From Candidatus Limnocylindrales bacterium (GTDB lineage Bacteria; Chloroflexota; Limnocylindria; Limnocylindrales; CSP1-4): 54,459 bases of DNA. Both the position numbers and the translations under genes were made by a program. A model generated the notes under the pieces. The model had not been told where the DNA came from. It saw nothing but the letters and a program-made list of their open reading frames with translations, and ran no database searches. Location of the stretch: contig DATHYZ010000020.1 in NCBI GenBank assembly GCA_035458865.1, forward strand, positions 1 through 54,459, given 5' to 3'. Shown in pieces: positions 37,205 to 44,962 of this stretch. How positions within the stretch are numbered: position 1 is the stretch's first letter; each line of letters opens with the position of its first letter.

Positions 37205-38254
37205 GTGAGCACCCGGATCCCGCTCCTCCTCGACGTCGACACCGGGATCGACGACGCCCTCGCCCTTCTCTACGCCTGCGCCTCGCCCGACGTCGACCTG
37301 CTCGCGGTGACCTGCACCGCCGGCAACACGACCGCCCGCCAGGCAGCCGAGAACACGCTGGCCGTCCTCGAGCTCGGAGGTCGGGCCGACGTGGAGGTCG
37401 CCCTCGGGCGCGAGGTCCCACTCGTCCGGCCGCTCGAGACGACCCCCGAGACCCATGGCCCGCGCGGTCTCGGCTACGCCGAGCTGCCGCCGCCGCCCCG
37501 GCCGCTGTCCGAGCGCTTCGGGCCGGACGTCATCGTCGAGACCGCCCGCTCCCGCCCGGGCGATGTGACCCTGGTCACCCTGGGCCCGCTGACGAACCTC
37601 GCCGTCGCCCTCCTCGGCGAGCCCGAGCTGCCCCGCCTGCTCCGGCGCTGGGTGCTGATGGGCGGCAGCTACCGCTCGCCCGGCAACACCGCCCCGACGA
37701 CCGAGTGGAACGTCCACTGCGACCCGGAGGCCGCCAAGCTGTGCCTCGACGCGTTCGGCCGTTCCAGCGCCGAGCACGGGACACCGCGACCCCTCGCCCT
37801 GGGCCTCGACGTGACCGAGCGGGCCAAGCTCGTCCCGGATCATGTCGTCGCCCTGGCCCGGCGGGCCGGCAGCCGGCCTGATCCGTCGCTCGACCCCGAC
37901 CACGTCCCGGAGACCCGTTCGATGGCCAGCCACCGCGTCGTCCGCTTCGTCGCGGACGCGCTGCGCTTCTACATGGAGTTCCACTCCCGTTACGACGGCT
38001 TCTACGGGGCCTTCATCCACGACCCGCTGGCGGTCGCCGCAGCCCTCGACCCGAGCCTCGTCCGGACCGAGGCGCTGTCCGTGGACGTGGAGCTGGTCGG
38101 GACGCTCACCGCCGGGGAGACGGTGACCGACTGGCGCCGGGTCTGGGGCCATCCACCGAACCTGGACGTGGCGGTCGAGGCGGACGCCCAGCGGTTCATG
38201 GACCGGTTCGTCGAGCGCGTCGGCGGGCTGGCCGAGCGGATCGGCGAGGGCTGA
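37205..38254 (+). CDS. Nucleoside hydrolase (inosine-uridine preferring, IUNH family)
   Basis: N-terminal fingerprint LLLDVDTGIDDALALLYA, then VTCTAGN, TLGPLTNLA, EWNVHCDPEAA. Confidence 0.88.
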   Translation: MSTRIPLLLDVDTGIDDALALLYACASPDVDLLAVTCTAGNTTARQAAENTLAVLELGGRADVEVALGREVPLVRPLETTPETHGPRGLGYAELPPPPRPLSERFGPDVIVETARSRPGDVTLVTLGPLTNLAVALLGEPELPRLLRRWVLMGGSYRSPGNTAPTTEWNVHCDPEAAKLCLDAFGRSSAEHGTPRPLALGLDVTERAKLVPDHVVALARRAGSRPDPSLDPDHVPETRSMASHRVVRFVADALRFYMEFHSRYDGFYGAFIHDPLAVAAALDPSLVRTEALSVDVELVGTLTAGETVTDWRRVWGHPPNLDVAVEADAQRFMDRFVERVGGLAERIGEG

Positions 38255-38360
38255 TATCGACTAGCCGCCGCGGCCACGGCGTGGCAGGCTATCCCAGGGA
38301 AGGTGAGCTGACCGGGGCGTCCGTCGCGTCGCGCAGCCATCGGATCGAGGGAGGGCTCGG

Positions 38361-39227
38361 ATGGACACGGCCATGGCATGGGTCCGCGGACAGTTCGACA
38401 CGCGGACGATCGTGCTCATCCCGATCGCCATCGCGATCAACATCATCCTCGGCCAGACGGTCGCCTCGGTCCTGAAGATCCCGATCTACCTCGACTCGAT
38501 CGGCACCGTGCTCGTCGCGGTCCTCGCGGGGCCCATCCCGGGACTGCTGACCGGTCTGCTGGCCAACCTGATCTGGACCTACGTCCTGCCGGCGCCGCTG
38601 AACTCGCCGTACGCGGCGCCGTTCGCCGTCGTCGCGGCGGAGATCGGCCTGGTCGCCGGCATCGCCGCCAGCCTGGGCTTCTTCCGCAGCCGGCCGCTCA
38701 CGCCATGGCCGCAGCTGATCGTCGGCGGCACGGTCGTGGGGGCGATCATCCTGGTCATCGGCTTCTGGGGCTTCCTGCCGTTCTACGCCGGGACCGACTT
38801 CACCTTCTTCGGCGACACGACCGATGCGAACCCCTTCCTCGTGGCCGTGGGCTACCTCATCGGCATCGGTCTCCTTGCGGCCGTGGTCGGCCTGTTCGCC
38901 CTGCTGTTCTGGCGACGGGACCTGGGCGTGGCCTACGTCTTCATCGCCGGCCTGCTGTGCGGGATCATCTCGGCCTTCATCTCGGCACCCATCTCGGCGG
39001 TCGTCTTCGGCGGCGTGACCGGCTCCGGAACGGACCTCCTGGTGGCCGCCTTCCAGCAGGGCGGCGCCGACCTCCAGACCGCGGTCCTCCAGCAGGGGCT
39101 GCTGTCCGACCCGATCGACAAGACGATCACGTTCTTCGTCGTCTTCCTCCTGATCCAGACGCTCTCCCGGCGCTTCGTCGCCCGCTTCCCCCAGGGCGAG
39201 AAGGCGATCGGGCTGGAGGAGGCGTAG
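38361..39227 (+). CDS. ECF-transporter substrate-capture (S) component-like membrane protein
   Basis: 288 aa, about 6-7 TM segments, GAGGGAGG upstream. Lies immediately upstream of the EcfT and two EcfA genes. Substrate unknown. Confidence 0.7.
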   Translation: MDTAMAWVRGQFDTRTIVLIPIAIAINIILGQTVASVLKIPIYLDSIGTVLVAVLAGPIPGLLTGLLANLIWTYVLPAPLNSPYAAPFAVVAAEIGLVAGIAASLGFFRSRPLTPWPQLIVGGTVVGAIILVIGFWGFLPFYAGTDFTFFGDTTDANPFLVAVGYLIGIGLLAAVVGLFALLFWRRDLGVAYVFIAGLLCGIISAFISAPISAVVFGGVTGSGTDLLVAAFQQGGADLQTAVLQQGLLSDPIDKTITFFVVFLLIQTLSRRFVARFPQGEKAIGLEEA

Positions 39228-39286
39228 TCGCCGAGCCGTCGGCCCGGTCGGTCCGGGCCGACGGTCTCGACCCGGACGATGCGGCG

Positions 39287-40057
39287 CTGGTCGCCCGGCT
39301 CGTCCCCGAGACGCCGTCCCCGTACGAACGCCTCAACCCGCTGACGAAGGCGACGATCGCGACCGTCGCATCGCTCGGCGCCTTCGTCCTGGGTGGGTAC
39401 GTGGGCCCGCTCGCCATCCTCGCCGCCACGCTGGTCCTGGCCTCGACCGCCCGCGTCGCCCGGAAGCTGCTCCGGATCTCGCTCATCGTCACCCTGCCCC
39501 TGGCGATCTCGGTCGTCCTGGTGTCCGCCTTCACCCGCGCGGGAGAGACGGTGCTCTTCGTCGTCGGCCCGTTCGACGTGACGCTCGAGGGTGTCGACTT
39601 CGCCGCCCAGACCGTCGTCCGCCTCCTCGCGATCTCGACGGCTCTCGGGCTGTTCGCCCTGACCACCCAGCCGCGGGCCTTCGTCCTCGACCTGGAGCGT
39701 CGCGGCGTCTCGCCGCGGCTCGCCTTCGTCGCCATCGCCACCGTCGAGGCCGTCCCGACGCTCATCGAGCGCGGCAGCACGATCGCCGAGGCGCAGCGGG
39801 CCCGCGGCCTGGACACGGAGGGCGGGCTCATGGCCCGGTTGCGGGGCCTCATCCCGATCGTGGGCCCCATGATCCTGGGCTCGCTCACCGACGTCGAGGA
39901 GCGCAGCCTGGCCCTGGAGTCCCGGGCCTTCAGCCGGCCCGGGCGTCGGCACCTGCTCTGGACGATGCCCGACAGTCCGGCGGAGCGTCTCGTCCGGTGG
40001 CTCCTGGTGGTGGCCCTGATCGTCGCCGTGGTCGGTCGCCTGGCCGGGGCCTACTGA
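39287..40057 (+). CDS. ECF transporter transmembrane (T) component, CbiQ/EcfT family; start codon unresolved
   Basis: Conserved N-terminal motif YERLNPLTKA (compare the LDPRTK of EcfT). Also ARGLD...R, and a polytopic profile. No ATG/GTG/TTG occurs in frame between the S-gene stop (39227) and this motif. 39287 is a CTG; the next canonical start (GTG 39401) would remove the motif. Confidence 0.65.
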   Translation: MVARLVPETPSPYERLNPLTKATIATVASLGAFVLGGYVGPLAILAATLVLASTARVARKLLRISLIVTLPLAISVVLVSAFTRAGETVLFVVGPFDVTLEGVDFAAQTVVRLLAISTALGLFALTTQPRAFVLDLERRGVSPRLAFVAIATVEAVPTLIERGSTIAEAQRARGLDTEGGLMARLRGLIPIVGPMILGSLTDVEERSLALESRAFSRPGRRHLLWTMPDSPAERLVRWLLVVALIVAVVGRLAGAY

Positions 40058-40060
40058 GCC

Positions 40061-40870
40061 GTGCTGGAGCTCCGCGGGGTCGCCTACCGCTACCCCGGCT
40101 ACGCCCGCCGGGTCCTCGAGGACATCGAGCTGACCCTGGCCGACGGCGAGATCGTCGGGCTCGTGGGGGCGAACGAGGCGGGCAAGAGCACGCTCTGCCT
40201 CGTCACGTCGGGCCTTGCCCCGGCCTCGATCGGCGGACAGCTGACCGGCGAGCTCCGGATCGACGGCGAGCCGATGACCGGAAGGCCGATCCACGAGCTG
40301 TCCACCCGGGTCGGCATCGGCTTCCAGAACCCGGCGACCCAGCTGTCCGGGGTGTCCGGGTCCGTCTTCGAGGAGGTCGCCCTGGGGCCGATGAACCTGG
40401 GCCTCGAGGTGCCCGAGACGGTCCGCCGGACGAAGGAGGCCCTGGCCACGCTGCGGATCGAGGCGCTCGCCGAGCGCGCTCCGAACCGCCTGTCCGGCGG
40501 CCAGGGCCAGCTCGTGGTGCTGGCCTCCCTGCTGGCCATGCGGCCGCGGCACCTGGTCCTCGACGAGCCCACGGCCCAGCTCGACCCGGAGGGGACCCGG
40601 CTTGTCGGGGAGGCCATCCGCGATCTCGCGGCGACCGGCACGGCGATGCTCATCGCGGAGCACAAGACCGACCTTCTCGACGGCCTCTGCGATCGGGTCG
40701 TCGTGATCGACGGTGGCCGGGTCGTCCTCGACGGTCCGACCGCGGCGGTCCTGGAGGATCCGCGGCTCGAGGACCTCGGCGTCGAGCCGCCGGCCCGGGT
40801 CCGCCTCGCCCGGGCCCTGGCGAGCCGCGGCCTGGACCCGGAGCTGGCGCTGGCGGGGGGACCGGCATGA
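40061..40870 (+). CDS. ECF transporter ATPase component
   Basis: Walker A GANEAGKST, signature LSGGQGQ, Walker B LVLDEPTAQLD. GTG start 4 nt after the T-component stop. Confidence 0.88.
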   Translation: MLELRGVAYRYPGYARRVLEDIELTLADGEIVGLVGANEAGKSTLCLVTSGLAPASIGGQLTGELRIDGEPMTGRPIHELSTRVGIGFQNPATQLSGVSGSVFEEVALGPMNLGLEVPETVRRTKEALATLRIEALAERAPNRLSGGQGQLVVLASLLAMRPRHLVLDEPTAQLDPEGTRLVGEAIRDLAATGTAMLIAEHKTDLLDGLCDRVVVIDGGRVVLDGPTAAVLEDPRLEDLGVEPPARVRLARALASRGLDPELALAGGPA

Positions 40871-41691
40871 TCCACCTGGAGCTGCGCGGCGTGACGTTCA
40901 CCTACCCCGGCGGGACGCGGGCGCTCGACGGGATCGACCTGGCGATCCAGCCCGGCGAGCGGGTCGCGATCATCGGCCAGAACGGCAGCGGCAAATCGAC
41001 GCTCGTCCGTCACCTCGACGGCCTGCTCCGACCGGACGAGGGAGCCGTCCTCCACGACGGCGCCGACATCCGCGACGAGCGCGTCGCCCGGCTCGCGGGC
41101 CGGGTCGGCGTGGTCTTCCAGAACCCGGACCGCCAGATCTTCAGCGGACGCGTCCGATCCGAGGTGGCCTTCGGGCCCCGGATGCTCGGCCGTCGCGACC
41201 CGGAGCTCGGGGAGGCGGTGCGGGCCGCCCTGGATGCCGTCGGCCTGGCCGACCTCGCCGACGCGAACCCGTACGACCTGGGCTACTCGCGCCGGAAGCT
41301 GCTGGCGCTCGCGTCGATCCTGGCCATGGGCACGCCGGTCGTCGTCCTCGACGAGCCGACGACCGGCCAGGATCTTCGCGGGATCCGGCGCGTCCAGGCG
41401 ATCGTCGACGGAGTAGCGGCGGAAGGGCGCACGGTGATCGCCGTCAGCCACGACATGCGCTTCGTGGCCGAGACCTTCGAGCGCGTCGTCGTGATGGCGG
41501 CCGGACGGATCGTCCTCGACGGCCCGCCGAGCGAGGTATTCGCCGAGGCCGCCTGGCCGGTCCTGGCCTCGACCTACGTCGAGCCGCCCCTGCCGGCCCG
41601 CGTCGGGGCCCGCCTGGGCCTCCCCTCGACCCCGACCGAGGCCTCCCTCGTGGCGGCCGTCGCCGGGCGGACCGGTCCCAAAGGCCCGTAG
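40867..41691 (+). CDS. ECF transporter ATPase component (second)
   Basis: The ATG overlaps the upstream stop (ATGA). Walker A GQNGSGKST, Walker B VVVLDEPTTGQD, H-loop VSHD, plus the degenerate signature LGYSRRK. Confidence 0.88.
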   Translation: MIHLELRGVTFTYPGGTRALDGIDLAIQPGERVAIIGQNGSGKSTLVRHLDGLLRPDEGAVLHDGADIRDERVARLAGRVGVVFQNPDRQIFSGRVRSEVAFGPRMLGRRDPELGEAVRAALDAVGLADLADANPYDLGYSRRKLLALASILAMGTPVVVLDEPTTGQDLRGIRRVQAIVDGVAAEGRTVIAVSHDMRFVAETFERVVVMAAGRIVLDGPPSEVFAEAAWPVLASTYVEPPLPARVGARLGLPSTPTEASLVAAVAGRTGPKGP

Positions 41692-41791
41692 CCCGCATCG
41701 GCCCGGGCCGATGCGCCCGGCCGTTCGGTCCGCACGGCCGGACCCTGACGAGCGGCCCGTGGGCCATCATGGAGCCTGCAAGGAGGTGACC

Positions 41792-42712
41792 ATGCACATC
41801 CTGCTGGCCCTCGACGGATCCGACCACGCCGGACGGGCCCGCGACCTCGTCGACGGGATCGACTGGCCGGATGGCACGGTCATCCGGGTGGTCGCCGCCG
41901 TCGACCGGCGGGGCGACCTCGTGGGGTTGCCCGGCTCGCCGGGCGGTGACGGGGACCTTCGCGAGGTCGAGACGTCCACGATCCGGCGACTCCAGGACAC
42001 GATCGACCTCGCCGTCCTCAACCTCGAGCGCCCGGGTCGGGTCGTCGAGCGGATCCTCCTCCGCGGCCGTCCCGCCTCGGCCATCGTCAAGGAGGCCCGC
42101 GAGTTCGGAGCCGACCTCGTCGTCCTCGGCAGCCGGGGCCATGGCCAGATCCGCAGCATGGTCCTGGGCTCGGTCTCGGCCGAGGTGGTCGACCACGCCC
42201 CATGCCCGGTGCTGATCGCCCGGGGTTCGCGGGTGACCTCGATCCTGTTCGCGACCGACGGCTCGGCGACCGCCGAGCATGCCGAACACGTCCTGACCGA
42301 CTGGCCGATCCTCGCCGGGCGACCGGTCTCGGTGATCTCCGTCGCCGAGGTCGGGATGCCCTGGAGCACCGGCATGTCGCCGGGCATCTACGACCAGGTC
42401 CTGGAGTCCTACACCGAGGCCGTCGACGAGGCCCGCTCCCAGTGCGAGGCGATCGCGGGGGCGGCCGTCGATCGGATCCGACGGGCCGGGTTCGAGGTCG
42501 ATCAGGTCGTTCGCGAGGGACCCTCGGCAGAGGAGATCGTGGCGGCCGCCCAGTCCCAGGAGGTCGACCTCGTCGTCATCGCCTCGCGCGGCCACACCGG
42601 CCTGACCCGGCTGGTGCTCGGAAGCGTGGCCCGCAGCGTGCTGGCGCACGCGCCATGCTCGGTGCTCGTGGTCCGCGAGAAGGTCCGCGTGGAGCCGGTC
42701 GAGGAGGCCTAG
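41792..42712 (+). CDS. Tandem universal stress protein (two UspA domains)
   Basis: AAGGAGG upstream of the ATG at 41792. Two copies of the USP C-terminal motif: ADLVVLGSRGHGQIRSMVLGSVSAEVVDHAPCPVLI and VDLVVIASRGHTGLTRLVLGSVARSVLAHAPCSVLV. Confidence 0.88.
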   Translation: MHILLALDGSDHAGRARDLVDGIDWPDGTVIRVVAAVDRRGDLVGLPGSPGGDGDLREVETSTIRRLQDTIDLAVLNLERPGRVVERILLRGRPASAIVKEAREFGADLVVLGSRGHGQIRSMVLGSVSAEVVDHAPCPVLIARGSRVTSILFATDGSATAEHAEHVLTDWPILAGRPVSVISVAEVGMPWSTGMSPGIYDQVLESYTEAVDEARSQCEAIAGAAVDRIRRAGFEVDQVVREGPSAEEIVAAAQSQEVDLVVIASRGHTGLTRLVLGSVARSVLAHAPCSVLVVREKVRVEPVEEA

Positions 42713-43236
42713 CGTCCGATCCCGGACCTGCCGGCCCGGTCCGCCGCGCCGGCGTCCGGGCGCCCCTGCGCCGTCGTGCCCGGCGTCGTGCCCCGAGGCG
42801 CCATGCCGGGCACCGCGACGGCGTCCGAGCCGCGCCGGGTCCCCGCGACGAGCAGGAGGAACGAGGTCTCCACGACGTCCACGGCCGCGATGACCGCGGC
42901 GACCACGAGCGGGAGCGGATGCCCCACGAGCCAGCCGATGCCTGCGGACACGGCCGCCAGGCACAGGAAGGCGAGGCGGATGCCGCGGAGCATGACGATC
43001 GCGTCCACCTCGGCGAGCGGCCCGGCGTCGGCAGCCGCCCGGAAGCGGTCGATCGCGGCCCGAAGGAGCCCGACGGCGAGGACGGCCATCGCCCCCACCA
43101 GGACGGCGCGGACCGGGGCGGGCGGCGAGACGATGGCCTGGAGCAGGTCCGAGCGGCCCAGCACCGCGGCCCCGGCGATGACCGCCAGGCCCAGGCCCAG
43201 CAGGACGACGGCCACGATGCGGCCGCGTGTGTCCAC
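42709..43236 (-). CDS. Membrane protein, function unknown
   Basis: 175 aa with four hydrophobic segments and strong GC3 bias. GTG start 6 nt after the mec stop, so it is probably the last gene of the cysO operon. Its stop shares a CTAG with the convergent USP stop. Confidence 0.55.
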   Translation of the reverse strand: MDTRGRIVAVVLLGLGLAVIAGAAVLGRSDLLQAIVSPPAPVRAVLVGAMAVLAVGLLRAAIDRFRAAADAGPLAEVDAIVMLRGIRLAFLCLAAVSAGIGWLVGHPLPLVVAAVIAAVDVVETSFLLLVAGTRRGSDAVAVPGMAPRGTTPGTTAQGRPDAGAADRAGRSGIGR

Positions 43237-43242
43237 GACCGG

Positions 43243-43701
43243 TCAGCCCTCGACCCGCAGGCCGACCTCGTGGACCGCGCCGTCGACGATCCGCCAGGCC
43301 CGGATCGAGGGCTCCCCGGTGACCGGGTCCGCCTCGTCCTCGCCCAGGGACACCAGGACGTACAGGGCGTCCGGGTAGAAGGCCAGGCCGACGTCGGTCG
43401 GCGACGGGCGAGCCGGCGACCGGACGTGGGAATGGGCGATCGCCCAGAAGACCTCGTCGGCCGCCTCGGTCTCGAGGGTCAGCCGGAGGAGGTCCGCGGG
43501 GTCGATCTCGTAGCGGTACGGCGAGGCGGCCCGGTTCCGGGCCGGCTCCCAGCGGACCGCCCGGCCGCCCTCGGCCGCCGGGCGGTCCCCCACGACCAGG
43601 CCGCACATCTCGTTCGGGTACTCGGCCCGGGCATGCGCCACGATGGCCGCGGCGATCGGCGCCGGGAGCGCGACGCCGGCCGGCCCGGGGTGCTCGGTCA
43701 C
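43243..43701 (-). CDS. mec: JAMM/MPN+ metalloprotease (Mec-type CysO-cysteine peptidase)
   Basis: The GTG at 43701 overlaps the cysM stop (GTGA). EMCGLVVG glutamate motif and JAMM motif HSHVRSPARPSPTD. Confidence 0.85.
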   Translation of the reverse strand: MTEHPGPAGVALPAPIAAAIVAHARAEYPNEMCGLVVGDRPAAEGGRAVRWEPARNRAASPYRYEIDPADLLRLTLETEAADEVFWAIAHSHVRSPARPSPTDVGLAFYPDALYVLVSLGEDEADPVTGEPSIRAWRIVDGAVHEVGLRVEG

Positions 43702-44693
43702 CACCAGTTGACCCCGCCCTCCAGGTCGTCCTCCATCTCGTCGAGATCGCGGCTGAAGGTGCCCGCCGACAGGTATTTCCAACCGCCGTCGGGCAGGAGG
43801 GCGACGATCGTGCCGCGCTCCATCGACCGGGCCACCCGGGCCGCGACCACCAGGACCGCGCCGCAGGACGGGCCGGCGAAGATGCCTTCCTTGAAGACGA
43901 GGTCCCGTAGCGCAGCGATGGAGTCGCGGTTGCTGACGAGGAACTTGCCGTCGAGGAGGGACTCGTCGTAGATCTCCGGCACGAAGCCCTCGTCGAGGGA
44001 GCGGAGGCCCTGGACGTTCTCGCCGGGCAGCGGCTCGGCGGCGAAGACCTTGACCCCGGGCTTGTGCTCGTGGAGGTAGCGCGAGACGCCCATGAGCGTC
44101 CCGCCCGTGCCCAGCCCGGCGACGAAGACGTCGACCTCGGGGCAGTCGGCCAGGATCTCCGGGCCGGTCGTCTCGTAGTGGGCCAGGGGGTTCGCCGGGT
44201 TGCCGTACTGGTACGGCATGACGAACCGCTCGTCCTTGGCCGCCAGGTGCTTGGCCAGGGCGATCGCCCCGTTGGAGCCCAGCTGGCCGGGCGAGTCGAT
44301 GATCTCGGCGCCGTAGAGGGCCGCCATCTGGCGGCGCTCGGCGGTGACGTTGTCGGGCATCACCAGGGCCACCCGATAGCCCTTCCGCCGACCGATCATC
44401 GCCAGGGCGATCCCGGTGTTCCCGGAGGTCGGCTCGAGGATGATCGAGTCCTCGTGGAGCAGCCCACGGGCCTCGAGGTCCTCGACGAGGTACTTCGCCG
44501 CCCGGTCCTTGACCGACCCGGTGGGGTTGTACATCTCGAGCTTGGCGTAGATGCGGACGTCCGGGTTCGGGCTCATCCGCGGGATCGAGACGAGCGGTGT
44601 GTGGCCGACCGCGTCGAGGATCGACTCGTGCCGACCGCCGTGGCGCGGCTGCTCCTCGTGCGCGTGGACGTGCGCGCCCCCCGGGGGCGTCAT
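43698..44693 (-). CDS. cysM: Cysteine synthase B-type (CysM; thiocarboxylate-dependent O-phosphoserine sulfhydrylase-like)
   Basis: PLP-lysine motif NPTGSVKDR, then EPTSGNTGIALA and GLGTGGTLMG. The start overlaps the cysO stop (ATGA). Confidence 0.9.
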   Translation of the reverse strand: MTPPGGAHVHAHEEQPRHGGRHESILDAVGHTPLVSIPRMSPNPDVRIYAKLEMYNPTGSVKDRAAKYLVEDLEARGLLHEDSIILEPTSGNTGIALAMIGRRKGYRVALVMPDNVTAERRQMAALYGAEIIDSPGQLGSNGAIALAKHLAAKDERFVMPYQYGNPANPLAHYETTGPEILADCPEVDVFVAGLGTGGTLMGVSRYLHEHKPGVKVFAAEPLPGENVQGLRSLDEGFVPEIYDESLLDGKFLVSNRDSIAALRDLVFKEGIFAGPSCGAVLVVAARVARSMERGTIVALLPDGGWKYLSAGTFSRDLDEMEDDLEGGVNWW

Positions 44694-44962
44694 CCGCCGG
44701 CCATCGCCGGCAGGATGATGACCGTGTCGGTCGGACCGACCGGGGTCGCCCGCTCCTGGAGGAAGCGGACGTCCTGCCCATCCACGTAGACGTTCACGAA
44801 GCGGTTCAGCTCGCCGTCGGGCGTCAGCAGCTGTCCGCCCAGCGATGGGTAGCGGGCGATGAGGGCGGCGAGGACCTCGCCGACCGTGGTCGCCTCGACC
44901 TCGACCTGCTTCTCGCCCCCGGCCGCGGCCCGCAGCACCGGCGGGATCCGGACGACCGTCAT
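44690..44962 (-). CDS. cysO: ThiS/MoaD-family sulfur carrier protein ending in Gly-Gly (CysO)
   Basis: 90 aa ending ...VIILPAMAGG. GGAGGTGGAGG upstream. The ATG overlaps the stop of the upstream adenylyltransferase gene (ATGA). Confidence 0.85.
   Translation of the reverse strand: MTVVRIPPVLRAAAGGEKQVEVEATTVGEVLAALIARYPSLGGQLLTPDGELNRFVNVYVDGQDVRFLQERATPVGPTDTVIILPAMAGG

Noticed and set aside
37199-38152. Upstream 318 codons of track ORF 35330..38152 as part of the purK gene
   Set aside because: This portion is antisense to the nucleoside hydrolase gene, which has a strong DxDxxxDD-type fingerprint, and it translates to low-complexity sequence. The GrpB-like domain begins just downstream of ATG 37198.
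38255-38360. Riboswitch in the 106-bp gap upstream of the ECF S component
   Set aside because: I recognised no conserved riboswitch core (TPP, FMN, cobalamin, preQ1, SAM). The gap is short and may simply hold a promoter.
43702-44781. N-terminal 360 codons of track ORF 43243..44781
   Set aside because: This is an out-of-frame read-through of cysM and cysO. Only the last 152 codons (from GTG 43701, overlapping the cysM stop) give the JAMM/MPN protein.
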